From Minisyncoccota bacterium (GTDB lineage Bacteria > Patescibacteriota > Minisyncoccia > Phycocordibacterales > UBA2100), in the NCBI GenBank assembly GCA_022842645.1, contig JALHPE010000001.1:264178-328177 (forward strand): a stretch of DNA of 64,000 nt. The letters run 5' to 3'. Shown here piece after piece: positions 1 to 9,271 of this stretch. The notes beneath the pieces were generated by a model. The model was not told the origin of the DNA. It saw only the letters and a program-made list of their open reading frames with translations, and made no database searches. Made by a program: the position numbers and the translations under genes. The number at the start of each line of letters is the position of its first letter. The stretch's first letter is position 1.

Positions 1-314
1 ATACGCCATCGCGTTGGGGATGATTATTGTCGCCACCGTGAGTCCCGCAACCACATCATCACGCACCACCTTTCGTGAGAGTGTGCGAAATAGAAGCGCA
101 CGTGGTGTCAGCACTTTCCGCACATGCGTACCCAGATCAAGTGAGAGCTCTGTTCCTGTCTGTAGTGCCGTAGTGAATGCCTTCATCATGCGCCAAGGTG
201 TATGTGCGCATGCTAACACAGACGAATCGTGCAAAACGGTTTTGATTTTTTAATCATCGCTGTTAGTCTGAATCAAGAGCAATCGCTCTTTCATTGTAAA
301 TAAGGAGAATACAA

Positions 315-689
315 ATGTCAGCATGCACATTCAGCGATGTTGAGTTGCGAGGTCAGGTAGCTGAGATTGCCCAACGGATATGGGACATCAGAGGCGCGGC
401 AGCGTCTAACGATGTCTTTCCACTCAAAATCGAGATTTGGCGCCATCCCAGCAAAGGATCAGACAACAGGGCTGTGTTGGAAGTCGTTTTCCACATACTT
501 TCCAACTACATCGAAAAAATCAACACCCCTGAAAAACTGATTGCATTTGTGGCTCAAAAAAGAGAGTGTCATGAAGAGCTTCAAAAGCTCTTTAAAGAAG
601 CTTACGATGGTGTGCCTCTAGAAAAACGTGATGGTGAGTACGATGAACATCGTGCATATCTGAAGGAAAATTTTTTCCCAGCTCTCTAG
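315..689 (+). CDS. hypothetical protein (124 aa)
   Basis: Intact ORF. AAGGAG SD about 8 nt upstream of the ATG. No recognisable domain. Confidence 0.45.
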   Translation: MSACTFSDVELRGQVAEIAQRIWDIRGAAASNDVFPLKIEIWRHPSKGSDNRAVLEVVFHILSNYIEKINTPEKLIAFVAQKRECHEELQKLFKEAYDGVPLEKRDGEYDEHRAYLKENFFPAL

Positions 690-739
690 ATCACGCAGAC
701 CCCGACTCTCCTCAAAGGCGAGTTGGGGTTTCTGTTTGC

Positions 740-1408
740 TTACCATTCAATCTCCTTCTCCCGTCTACCCTTCAAATACTCATTCGTCTTCGAAAACGGC
801 TTTGAACCAAAGAAGCCGTTATGCGCTGAAAACGGTGAGGGGTGGGGGCTTTCGATCACACAGTGTTTCGTGCGGTCAATGTGCGCACCTTTTGCCTTCG
901 CGTAATTGCCCCAGAGAATAAACACCAATCCCCCTCGCTCATCGTTGAGTTTCTTGATAACAGCGTCGGTAAATTGTTCCCATCCTTTTCCTTGGTGCGA
1001 ACCTGCGCTTCCGGCACGCACGGTAAGCGTCGCATTTAATAAGAGGACCCCCTGCCGCGCCCAGCGCGATAGATCAGTGTCATGACTTACTTCGTGTCCT
1101 AAATCATCTTCAATCTCCTTAAAAATGTTCTGAAGTGAAGGCGGCGGGCGCACGCCAGGATTAACGGCAAAACAGAGACCATTTGCTTGCCCCGCACCGT
1201 GATACGGATCTTGCCCGAGAATAACGACTTTAACCTCATCAACCGGTGCCAAATCGAACGCCCGGAAAATATTCTTAGGATCGGGAAAGATTGTCGCTTT
1301 CGTATATTCCTCCCGCACAAAATCGGTGAGCTCCTTGAAGTATGGCTCGCCAAACTGGTCTTTCAATTTCTCCTTCCATCCCCCGCCGATTTTTACCTCT
1401 TTTGCCAT
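740..1408 (-). CDS. ung: uracil-DNA glycosylase (family 1)
   Basis: GQDPYHGAGQANGLCFAV motif and overall UDG family 1 similarity. Start moved to internal Met (MAKEVKIGGGW) because the upstream extension is not UDG-like. Confidence 0.85.
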   Translation of the reverse strand: MAKEVKIGGGWKEKLKDQFGEPYFKELTDFVREEYTKATIFPDPKNIFRAFDLAPVDEVKVVILGQDPYHGAGQANGLCFAVNPGVRPPPSLQNIFKEIEDDLGHEVSHDTDLSRWARQGVLLLNATLTVRAGSAGSHQGKGWEQFTDAVIKKLNDERGGLVFILWGNYAKAKGAHIDRTKHCVIESPHPSPFSAHNGFFGSKPFSKTNEYLKGRREKEIEW

Positions 1409-1534
1409 GTATACATGGTACCCGCATAGAAACGAAAAACAATCGGATCGAATCATGTCTCATCCGTATGTAATTTGCTTTAGACGCACACGCATGTACT
1501 CTACCCGACAGTGTAGATCATTTAGGAGACATAT

Positions 1535-2219
1535 GATGGGATTCTATACAGCACTACTCATTCTCTCCCCTTCAAAACATCCACAGACACCCGAAGATTG
1601 TGTGGTTTGGCGTGTCAGCGAGCTACTCAACATAGGATACTCTGTTCGTGATCTCCCCCAACTCTCGCATGTACAGATCTCGCATGTGTCTGACCGAGGG
1701 CAACCACATGCACGGGCAGGGGTAGTGACGTTTAGCTGGATATATCCACATCTCGTGCGTCGCTTAGGGACAGCTAGGAAAGGTTGTGTTTTTGCTCCAC
1801 CATTCTTAGTAACCGAAGAAGACATGCGGCGAAGAAATGTCGTATTCGCACGTACTGAAAGTCAGATGCTCGAAATGAAGCCTGGTTCGGATTGTATTCT
1901 CCCGTTCTATGCCTTACATGACTTTTTCCCGGGAATATGGAGTATGCAGAGACATAATAAGGCGCTTGCCTCCATGACGAGTGAAAAAGACGAGCGCGCG
2001 AAACACTCTATCATCATGTGCGAGCCGTGTATTTGGGTTCCGTGTCGCGTCGTTGCCGGATGGCTTCACGATCTTCTAAGCGCAGGTAGTTCTCGTGAAC
2101 AACTGCGATTCGATAGAGAAGCTCGAGCACGGGTTGAAGGATGGTATGGACAACTACAAGCATATGCAAAAATCCACGCCCGGGTCTTGTTCGTTTTTGA
2201 TCCAGTAACGTGGCCCTAA
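1535..2219 (+). CDS. hypothetical protein (start uncertain; ORF extends to 1326)
   Basis: Long ORF with odd Trp/Cys/Arg-rich composition and no recognisable domain. Supported only by a strong downstream intrinsic terminator. Confidence 0.3.
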
Positions 2220-2224
2220 CGCAC

Positions 2225-2258
2225 AGAGCCAGCCATCTTTGGCTGGCTCTTCTTGCTT
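2225..2258 (+). terminator. rho-independent terminator
   Basis: 10-bp perfect stem AGAGCCAGCC/GGCTGGCTCT with a 6-nt loop, followed by TCTTGCTT. Lies 6 nt after the stop at 2219. Confidence 0.55.
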
Positions 2259-2658
2259 GTAAAAATGACTTTGTAGTTCTCCATGCAAAAGCAAAACACC
2301 CTGCTGTTTACCGTACGAGGTGTCATCTCTCTATTCATAGACTTGGTCACATCCTCAGACTTCATGGTAAGCTCGCGGCAGCGAGGATACGCAGATGAAC
2401 ATCTATTTCTGGTTTAGATTCTGGTTTAGACCCAGATTACTCGAGAGGCGAATCGAAAGATCGCTCAAGAGAATACGAGAGTACACTAAATCCGCTGGAC
2501 AGAGAATCGACCGAGCGGAAGAAGGTATTGCCGAGATACGAGAACATTGCGGAAGGCTGTTCCAGCTTCCAAAGTTGCCACATAAAGAGTCTCGGTAATA
2601 TAGGAAACGAAGCGGCGCGCCCACAAGGCGCGCCCCGAAACTATTTATAGAAACAAAA

Positions 2659-3120
2659 TTACCACGCGAAGTGCGCGAATGCTTTATTGGCTTCTGCCAT
2701 GCGGTGCGTTGTTTCTTTCTTGGTGACTGCAGCGCCTTCACCTTTGTGAGCAGCTTTTATTTCGTTGAGGAGGGATTCGTGCATTGGCTTCCCCTTCGTG
2801 CCTTCTGCAGCATCTACCATCCAGCGCAGCCCGAGTGCAAGACGGCGTTCTGGACGAACTTCACGCGGCACTTGGTAATTCGCTCCGCCAACGCGACGTG
2901 AGCGTACTTCCACTGAAGGCGCGGCATTTTCAAGCGCCTGCTCAAAGAATGCGACTGGGTCGCCCTCCTTCTTAAGCTCATCGAATACCTTGTAGACGAT
3001 CTTGCGCGCCGTGTCCTTCTTGCCGCGCTCCATCACATAGTTGATGAGTTTAGAAACCTTAACCGAACCGTACACTTCGTCGGGTGAAGGCATGTTTCTG
3101 TTTTTGACAGGGCGGCGCAT
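2659..3120 (-). CDS. rpsG: 30S ribosomal protein S7
   Basis: Full-length S7 similarity (KFDELKKEGDPVAFFEQALENAAP, VGGANYQVP). Confidence 0.95.
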   Translation of the reverse strand: MRRPVKNRNMPSPDEVYGSVKVSKLINYVMERGKKDTARKIVYKVFDELKKEGDPVAFFEQALENAAPSVEVRSRRVGGANYQVPREVRPERRLALGLRWMVDAAEGTKGKPMHESLLNEIKAAHKGEGAAVTKKETTHRMAEANKAFAHFAW

Positions 3121-3160
3121 AAAATTAGGTTCTAGGTGTTAGGGGCTAGGTTTTAGGGAA
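3121..3160 (-). promoter_or_regulatory. conserved G-poor CCTAAAACC-TAGCCCCTAACACC leader motif (rpsL-rpsG intergenic)
   Basis: mRNA-sense TTCCCTAAAACCTAGCCCCTAACACCTAGAACCTAATTTT-ATG. The same about 30-nt motif recurs upstream of nusA and ppa. Confidence 0.5.
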
Positions 3161-3577
3161 TTACTTTGCTGCTTTTGGCTTCTTAGCTCCGTAGAGCGAG
3201 CGGCCGCGGCGGCGTTTTTCAATTCCAGCCGTATCAAGCTTACCGCGGACGATAGTGTAGCGAACGCCAATGTCCTTCACACGACCACCACGCACGAGAA
3301 CCACTGAGTGTTCCTGGAGATTGTGCCCCTCGCCCGGAATATACGCAGTAATTTCAACGCCGTTTGAAAGGCGCACACGAGCAATCTTACGAATAGCTGA
3401 GTTTGGCTTACGAGGGGTCTTTGTGGTGACACGAGTGCAGACGCCACGCTTGAATGGTGAATTGAAATAGGTGGGGCGATTTTCGAGTGTATTGAAACCA
3501 CGACCGAGCGCTCCGGTCTTGGATTTGTAGATGCGCTTACCGCGCCCCTTACGTACAAGCTGATTGATTGTTGACAT
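3161..3577 (-). CDS. rpsL: 30S ribosomal protein S12 (with short basic C-terminal extension)
   Basis: Canonical S12 sequence ([26 protein letters not shown]) plus about 14 extra basic C-terminal residues. Confidence 0.95.
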   Translation of the reverse strand: MSTINQLVRKGRGKRIYKSKTGALGRGFNTLENRPTYFNSPFKRGVCTRVTTKTPRKPNSAIRKIARVRLSNGVEITAYIPGEGHNLQEHSVVLVRGGRVKDIGVRYTIVRGKLDTAGIEKRRRGRSLYGAKKPKAAK

Positions 3578-3762
3578 GCTTCTTAAGAAAAACGCGCTTC
3601 GCCAGGCGGCGAATCAGCGCCCCACGAGTGTACTACGCCTCTTCAAGTATTGCAAGAATAAAGAAAAGCGGGCTCGAACACGAACCCGCTTCTGCCGTAT
3701 CTGCAGAGCAGGCCTGAGACCTGGCAAGATGCGGACTTTGCTCCCGCATGATACCACCAGCC

Positions 3763-4392
3763 CTAAACCCCGGCAAGAAGTCGCGCTGCGCCATAGATAA
3801 TGCTCCCGAAGGCATTTCCGGCGACGAGAATAAAGAGAATGACGATTCCGAAACCAAGGAACGGATTGTTTTCAAGCTGCATGCGCCACACGTCGTACCC
3901 TCTTCGAAGCGCACCTGGCAGTAGTGCTGAAAGCACTTTTGAGCCGTCGAGGGGCGGAATGGGGAGAAGATTGAAAATACCGAGCATGACGTTGATCGCA
4001 AGGACGAGAAAGAGAATAGCGCTCATCTCTGCGGGGAACACCTCTGCACGAATAATGAGTGCCATTACGAGCGCGATTGCAAAGTTGGACGCTGGCCCCG
4101 CAAACGCCACAATTGCCTCACCCCACTTCCCGCCCGTCCTAAAATTAAAGGGGTTGTAGGGCACGGGCTTAGCCCACCCAAGGAGAAACGGAGAACCAGA
4201 AAGTCCAAGGAGTAATGGGAGAAAAATCGAGCCAAAAGGATCGATGTGCGGAACGGGGTTCAGAGTAAGTCTCCCCTGATAACGGGCTGTAGGGTCGCCA
4301 AGCTTATCCGCCGCAACGCCGTGCGCCACCTCGTGAATCACGGCGCTAAACATGACGATTGCGATCTGAAAGACGATAAAAATTGGATCCAT
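3763..4392 (-). CDS. site-2 protease family (peptidase M50) membrane protein
   Basis: HEVAHG zinc-binding motif, multiple TM segments, LLPIPPLDG motif. Confidence 0.8.
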   Translation of the reverse strand: MDPIFIVFQIAIVMFSAVIHEVAHGVAADKLGDPTARYQGRLTLNPVPHIDPFGSIFLPLLLGLSGSPFLLGWAKPVPYNPFNFRTGGKWGEAIVAFAGPASNFAIALVMALIIRAEVFPAEMSAILFLVLAINVMLGIFNLLPIPPLDGSKVLSALLPGALRRGYDVWRMQLENNPFLGFGIVILFILVAGNAFGSIIYGAARLLAGV

Positions 4393-4482
4393 TGCGAGAT
4401 TTTAACATGTCTTGTTATTTGTTCCTCAAAGCGGTATACATTAGCTCGGTTCAGGCTTACTTGGTTCAAGGTGAAACTAGAT

Positions 4483-4507
4483 GCGGGTTCGAATCCTGCG
4501 CCAGAGG
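4483..4507 (+). other. orphan tRNA-like T-arm plus 3' acceptor fragment (GCGGG-TTCGAAT-CCTGC-GCCAGAG-G)
   Basis: Perfect T-loop consensus GGTTCGAATCC with a 5-bp stem, then a 7-nt acceptor-like strand. No matching 5' acceptor strand (CTCTGGC), D arm or anticodon arm within 120 nt upstream. Confidence 0.3.
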
Positions 4508-4585
4508 ACAGATCGCGGATCGTGTAATTGAAGTTTACGTCGGGGTAGGAGGTCACCTAATGACTGTGGATCATCCCCCTTCAGC

Positions 4586-4630
4586 CCGGTGCCGGCGGTT
4601 GCCTGAACCGCCTTTCTCTTTGCTTTTTTA
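4586..4630 (+). terminator. rho-independent terminator
   Basis: GC-rich hairpin (CCGGTGCCGG / GGCGG-TTGCCTGAA-CCGCC) followed by TTTCTCTTTGCTTTTTTA. Closes the 266-nt noncoding region upstream of rpmB. Confidence 0.5.
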
Positions 4631-4658
4631 TACGAAATATCGTAGGATACGCCAACTT

Positions 4659-4904
4659 ATGGCACGTGAATGCGTTATCACAGGCAAGCGAAGTCGCGTC
4701 GGGGGCGGCTATTCTAACCGCACGCGTGCGACCAAATTCAACCCTACCGGCTCTAAGCGAAACCTGGTGAATATCCAAAAGAAGACGGTTTTTGTTCCCG
4801 AGCTCAACAAGAAGGTGAATATTCGTGTTTCTGCAAAAGGGCTCAAAACCATGAAGAAGCGGGGTGTGTATCAGACTCTCAGGAAAGCAGGACTCGTTAA
4901 GTAA
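4659..4904 (+). CDS. rpmB: 50S ribosomal protein L28
   Basis: MARECVITGKRSRVGGGYSNRTRATKFNPTGSKRNLVNIQKK is canonical L28. The ORF in the track starts far upstream; true start placed at this Met. Confidence 0.9.
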   Translation: MARECVITGKRSRVGGGYSNRTRATKFNPTGSKRNLVNIQKKTVFVPELNKKVNIRVSAKGLKTMKKRGVYQTLRKAGLVK

Positions 4905-5146
4905 GCTCGCCCCCAAAGACAAAGCCGCCCAGGAATAAGTGGGCGGCTCGTCGTTTTGTTATCGCATGGGCACAAGGCCGAGTGCGAATGCCGCGATCGT
5001 AACGACCAAGAGGATGGCAGTAATGAGTGAGAGCGTGGGCTTCAGATCCGGATACCCTTCAAACATGTTGTTTCCTCGCGTTTCCTTGCGGGCAGTGTTT
5101 CCTACCCTTCCTCTTCGCATGCTACGCCTCCTCTCAAAAAGCACAA

Positions 5147-5998
5147 CTACTGACGCACCACCGAAATTCCATTTGAAACAAAAGTTACCGTTCCCTCGTT
5201 ACACGTATCAAGCGTGTCGACGCCAAGTGTTGAAAATGTTTCTTGCACTTCTGCGTGTGGATGACCATACGTGTTGTCGCATCCCCGTGAGTAGATAGCA
5301 TATTCAGGATCCACCATACCAACAAAGAGTGGTGATGATGATGTGCGCGAGCCATGATGCCCCGCTTTAAGTACATCCGCGCGCAATTCTTCGCCATCGA
5401 GTTGCACGAGGTACTTTTCGATTGAATCTGGTGCGTCTCCGGTGAGCATGAACGACGTCTCGCCATAGACGAGTTTTGCAATGATTGATGCAGTATTCGT
5501 TTCGAGCCCCCCAGGATCACGATCAGGGAAAAGAATTTCGAGATATGCCCCGCCCCCAATATCGATTATCTGGCCACGTCGTGCGAGGAGATGCTTCGCT
5601 CCTTCGTTTGCAACACTTTTCAACATTGATTCCGCTTGAGGTGTGTCGGCCGCAACGCCTGACTCAACAATGAGCGAGACGCGATATCTCTGAAGCACAT
5701 CAACAAGTCCCGTTACATGATCAGCGTCGGGATGTGTGGCAATCACCACATCAACTGAACGATCGTACCAAGGGATCACACGCGCAAGCTCTCGAAGCAC
5801 TGCGCGATTAGGGCCACCGTCAATCAGCACCTGCTTCCCCGTAGGAGATTCGATAAAAATTGCATCACCCTGACCGACGTCGAGGAAGGAAACGGTGAGG
5901 CCGCCGCGCGCTTCGCGCGCGGCGGCCTGAAACACAACTACATTTACCACACAAAGTACGAATATCGTCGCACCGAATAGACTCGCCCTTCGTGACAT
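5147..5998 (-). CDS. MBL-fold metallo-hydrolase, ComEC C-terminal-domain-like (stand-alone)
   Basis: HPDADHVTG and GHHGS motifs of the metallo-beta-lactamase fold. N-terminal signal/TM segment. Confidence 0.8.
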   Translation of the reverse strand: MSRRASLFGATIFVLCVVNVVVFQAAAREARGGLTVSFLDVGQGDAIFIESPTGKQVLIDGGPNRAVLRELARVIPWYDRSVDVVIATHPDADHVTGLVDVLQRYRVSLIVESGVAADTPQAESMLKSVANEGAKHLLARRGQIIDIGGGAYLEILFPDRDPGGLETNTASIIAKLVYGETSFMLTGDAPDSIEKYLVQLDGEELRADVLKAGHHGSRTSSSPLFVGMVDPEYAIYSRGCDNTYGHPHAEVQETFSTLGVDTLDTCNEGTVTFVSNGISVVRQ

Positions 5999-6074
5999 CC
6001 GAAAATTCTAGCACTTGATTGCATAGAGAATGTAAGGTATAAAACGAAGCCGCGGTAACCAAAAGGAGGAGCAC

Positions 6075-6365
6075 GTGAACATAGCTGTCAACAAAGATCA
6101 TACTGAGGCATATGCCTACCTAAAGGCTGTGGCCGACAAGCTGGATACGAGGTTCAAGAAACTGGATACCCTCTGCGGTCGATGCGCCGATGATGTTATC
6201 AAGTCGGTCGCTCGGCAGTGCTGTAGAGAATGGGACGAGGCGGTTGTGAAAGCAATCGACTCCGACTACCCCACCGAGGACATTCGAGCCGCTATATGTC
6301 GCCTCAAGAACGGCAAAAAGTGGCTCAACTACGTAGAGCTCATCGAAAAATCGAAAGCGGCGTAG
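6075..6365 (+). CDS. hypothetical protein (96 aa)
   Basis: ORF followed 24 nt later by a strong intrinsic terminator. Confidence 0.5.
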   Translation: MNIAVNKDHTEAYAYLKAVADKLDTRFKKLDTLCGRCADDVIKSVARQCCREWDEAVVKAIDSDYPTEDIRAAICRLKNGKKWLNYVELIEKSKAA

Positions 6366-6388
6366 GTTACGCTCCTAAGAGCACGTAC

Positions 6389-6421
6389 AATCGGCGTCCC
6401 AATGGGACGCCGATTTTTTAT
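6389..6421 (+). terminator. rho-independent terminator
   Basis: AATCGGCGTCCC-AAT-GGGACGCCGATT perfect 12-bp stem followed by TTTTTA. Confidence 0.7.
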
Positions 6422-6470
6422 TTAGTATTTATACGGCATACAAGATACTCGATACGGTATACTTATTGGC

Positions 6471-7067
6471 ATGCACACCTACACACCCCGCATATTTTCC
6501 ATTCCATCCCTCGATGGCATTTCTGAAAAATCCATTGTTGACCACATTGGTCTCTACGAAGGCTACGTCAAAAACTTCAACACCATTTCTCAAAAACTGA
6601 GCGAGTATGCCCGCGAAGACAGTGAGAAACATGCGCACGCGCTCTCCGAGCTCATTCGCCGTCGCTCTTTTGAATTTGACGGCATGCGCCTCCATGAACT
6701 TTATTTTGAACAATTTGAGGGTGGTGCTTCACAGCTTACAGACACAGACTCTCTCGCAGAAACACTCAAGCGTGAATATCAAGGCTATTTTGAACAGTAT
6801 TTCAAATCAATCGCACTCATGCGCGGTCCCGGTTGGGCACTCCTCTATTACGACCCTGTCGCAAAGGAACTTCTTGCCGGATTTGCGGGCGAACAACACC
6901 AAGGGCACTTTGCGACACTTCCCATTATTCTTGCACTCGATGTCTGGGAGCACGCGTTTCTTCTTGATCATGGAGCGCAGGGTAAGAAGGCCTACGTCGA
7001 TGCATTTTTCAAAAATCTCAATTGGGGTGTGATTGAGAAACGATTTTCCACAGTGGTGAATATTTGA
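6471..7067 (+). CDS. sodA: Fe/Mn superoxide dismutase
   Basis: Full-length Fe/Mn SOD similarity (HHxKHH-type N-term, DVWEHAFLLDHG C-terminal motif). Confidence 0.9.
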   Translation: MHTYTPRIFSIPSLDGISEKSIVDHIGLYEGYVKNFNTISQKLSEYAREDSEKHAHALSELIRRRSFEFDGMRLHELYFEQFEGGASQLTDTDSLAETLKREYQGYFEQYFKSIALMRGPGWALLYYDPVAKELLAGFAGEQHQGHFATLPIILALDVWEHAFLLDHGAQGKKAYVDAFFKNLNWGVIEKRFSTVVNI

Positions 7068-7142
7068 GCCACGACGCGACGCGTGCTATTCTTACATTAC
7101 CTTCGGTAGAAGGTAGTACAACTGAATAGGAGTTACTACGAA

Positions 7143-7427
7143 ATGGCGACCTCACGATCTGAGCAAGATCTACTCTCACGCCTTCGGACATCCCACCTTC
7201 GTGGTGGACGTGATGTCTTTTTGGTTGATCTTGCCGACATCCGCACATCTCGTATCATGATCAATCACGATGACATATTTAATCATGTGATGCGGAGAGC
7301 GCGTGCATTAAGTATGCAACATCATGATGTTGTACGAAAAACACGCCGACACATTGCAAACGAACGCTTGAAACTGAGAAAAGCAGTCGGTTTTGCAAGC
7401 GGAAACGGTCACGCGGTCGTGCGTTAA
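7143..7427 (+). CDS. hypothetical protein (94 aa)
   Basis: ORF only. Basic, no domain recognised. Confidence 0.25.
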   Translation: MATSRSEQDLLSRLRTSHLRGGRDVFLVDLADIRTSRIMINHDDIFNHVMRRARALSMQHHDVVRKTRRHIANERLKLRKAVGFASGNGHAVVR

Positions 7428-8935
7428 GGCGACTTCTCATGCGCGGCGGAACCTCCAGGTTCCGCCGCTTCTTTTTGCATAACAACCCACGCGAAGAGTG
7501 CTGCGTAACACCCCGCAAGCACCAATCCACTAAACGCGGGGATACTCAGCGTTCCAAAAGGAATCGCAGACAATAATTGTGCGGTCGTAATAATATACGA
7601 AAGCAGTGCGAGTGCTGGAAAACCAAATAAAGGTGCGAGAATGCCTGTAAAGAGCCCGAGGAGTGCCGCGAGCGCGGAAAAAAGCATGGCAAACGGAAGT
7701 GCAACAAGTACTAGGATATTCGCGGGGAGCGCGACGACGCTGAGCATTCCTGTCTGATAAAGCAGCAGTGGTAGAACGGCAATTTGGGTTCCAAGCGTGC
7801 CTGCTGCAATTTCTCGCACACCAAAGCGCGACGTGATCCATGAAAGATGCGTCTCAAAAAGCGGTGCGACAACGACAAGCCCGAGTGTGGCAATCACCGA
7901 AAGCTGAAAACCGGGATCATAGAGAAGTACGTAGGGGTTCCAGAAGATCATCCCCACCGCAACGAGAGCAAGTGCTCGCACAGCAAGATACGTGCGTCCG
8001 GTTGCCTTCCCTGCAATTGCGATTGTTGCCATAAGCGCCGCACGCGTCGACGCTGATGCAAATCCCGTAATCGCCGCAAAGAACAGTGCGACGAATGCGC
8101 CGAGCCCCAAACGCACTAATTGCGGTGCACGCGAGAGGGTGCGTAAGAGCGCATCCACTACGACCATAATGTTGTAGCCGGAGAGCACGACAATGTGCGT
8201 GAGACCCACGATGCGAAACGTTTCAGAAAGCTCTTCGCCGAGACCGCGCTTATCGCCCACCGTAATTCCGCCCGCGAGTCCAGCGTATGGCTCAGGAAGT
8301 GCGAGCGAAAGTCCTTCCAGAAACTTTTGCTTGAGCCAAATGGCACTGGCTTTCAAACGATTCCCCGTGCCACTTTCAATCACTTCTACGTGTGCAAACG
8401 ACATCTGATAGAGAATGCGATCTTTCGCAAGAAAGCCTGGGTAATCAAAGTATCTTCCCTCTCCTGTTTCAAAAGCTTCTGGGATGCGGAGCTCTCCCTC
8501 GACACGCACCCGATCGCCATACGTGCCGGGCGAGTGGAGTGGTGCGCTCACAATCACAGAAAGCGCACTCAATACTGTTGTTGAGCCCACACTCTCAATA
8601 CGCATGGTAAGCCGCACGTTTTTCTCTCGCACATCCGGCTCTGCTACAATCACTCCCTCGAACGAAACTTTTTCTCCCACGTAGACATCGATAAGGGGAT
8701 CACTCGTACGTGTCGCGCCCTGCATCCGCGCCATACCTCCAGCGCATGCGCAAAGGAGAAGTGCCGCAACTAATGCGACACGCCACTCTACCTGCGCAAC
8801 ACTGCTGGCGAGCAACAACATTCCTGCAAGCGCAATGAGCCACCCAAGAGTTACAACACCGAACGGAAAAAGACTTTGCACAAAAACTCCAACACTAAAA
8901 CCAATTACTAGTGTCCAAAATATTCGCACTGCCAT
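7424..8935 (-). CDS. comEC: ComEC/Rec2 competence membrane channel domain (no MBL domain)
   Basis: Polytopic membrane protein with a ComEC competence-domain signature. Start moved to internal ATG (MAVRIFW) because the TTG at 8983 overlaps the upstream terminator hairpin. Confidence 0.8.
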   Translation of the reverse strand: MAVRIFWTLVIGFSVGVFVQSLFPFGVVTLGWLIALAGMLLLASSVAQVEWRVALVAALLLCACAGGMARMQGATRTSDPLIDVYVGEKVSFEGVIVAEPDVREKNVRLTMRIESVGSTTVLSALSVIVSAPLHSPGTYGDRVRVEGELRIPEAFETGEGRYFDYPGFLAKDRILYQMSFAHVEVIESGTGNRLKASAIWLKQKFLEGLSLALPEPYAGLAGGITVGDKRGLGEELSETFRIVGLTHIVVLSGYNIMVVVDALLRTLSRAPQLVRLGLGAFVALFFAAITGFASASTRAALMATIAIAGKATGRTYLAVRALALVAVGMIFWNPYVLLYDPGFQLSVIATLGLVVVAPLFETHLSWITSRFGVREIAAGTLGTQIAVLPLLLYQTGMLSVVALPANILVLVALPFAMLFSALAALLGLFTGILAPLFGFPALALLSYIITTAQLLSAIPFGTLSIPAFSGLVLAGCYAALFAWVVMQKEAAEPGGSAAHEKSP

Positions 8936-8953
8936 CCCAGTAGCATAGCAATA

Positions 8954-8979
8954 CAAAAGCGGCACTCTTTCGAGTGCCG
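8954..8979 (-). terminator. rho-independent terminator (minus strand)
   Basis: CGGCACTC-GAAA-GAGTGCCG hairpin followed by CTTTTGTATT in minus sense. Lies between the 48-aa ORF stop and comEC. Confidence 0.55.
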
Positions 8980-9009
8980 CCAATTAGTTATGTCTTCGCG
9001 ACAGGCATT

Positions 9010-9156
9010 CTAGCCGTCAACGTACTTCCGAGTACGAGGATCATCCGCCGGACGATCGCGACGAGCCGGCGGTGCTCCCGCCCCACCAAATGTGGCGGGA
9101 GGAGCCGAAGTAACCGTCGCACCACTTGCAGTTGCAGCTTGCATGCCACTAGTCAT
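9010..9156 (-). CDS. small peptide ORF (48 aa, Ala/Thr/Gly/Pro-rich, basic C-terminus ending YVDG)
   Basis: AAGGAG SD 8 nt upstream of the ATG. Sits between the E1-like gene and a terminator. Sequence MTSGMQAATASGATVTSAPPATFGGAGAPPARRDRPADDPRTRKYVDG. Confidence 0.4.
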   Translation of the reverse strand: MTSGMQAATASGATVTSAPPATFGGAGAPPARRDRPADDPRTRKYVDG

Positions 9157-9271
9157 TTTAAGACTCCTTCTTGCCAAAGGTCCGCTTCTACAAACACGCT
9201 CTGGTTGCGGACACACCGAGCTCATTTGAATATACACAGAATAAGGCCGGGCGACAAGCTCGGCCTTATAG

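Noticed and set aside
1326-1534. Use of the upstream ATG at 1326 for the hypothetical gene ending 2219
   Set aside because: It would overlap the ung 5' end on the opposite strand by about 80 nt. A downstream Met was preferred, but the gene itself remains low confidence.
4393-4658. Possible tmRNA (ssrA), standard or permuted, based on the GGTTCGAATCC T-arm plus acceptor-like strand
   Set aside because: The region is only 266 nt. There is no 5' acceptor complement (CTCTGGC) upstream or downstream, no tag reading frame ending in an Ala-Ala stop context, and the implied 5' end would not start with G.
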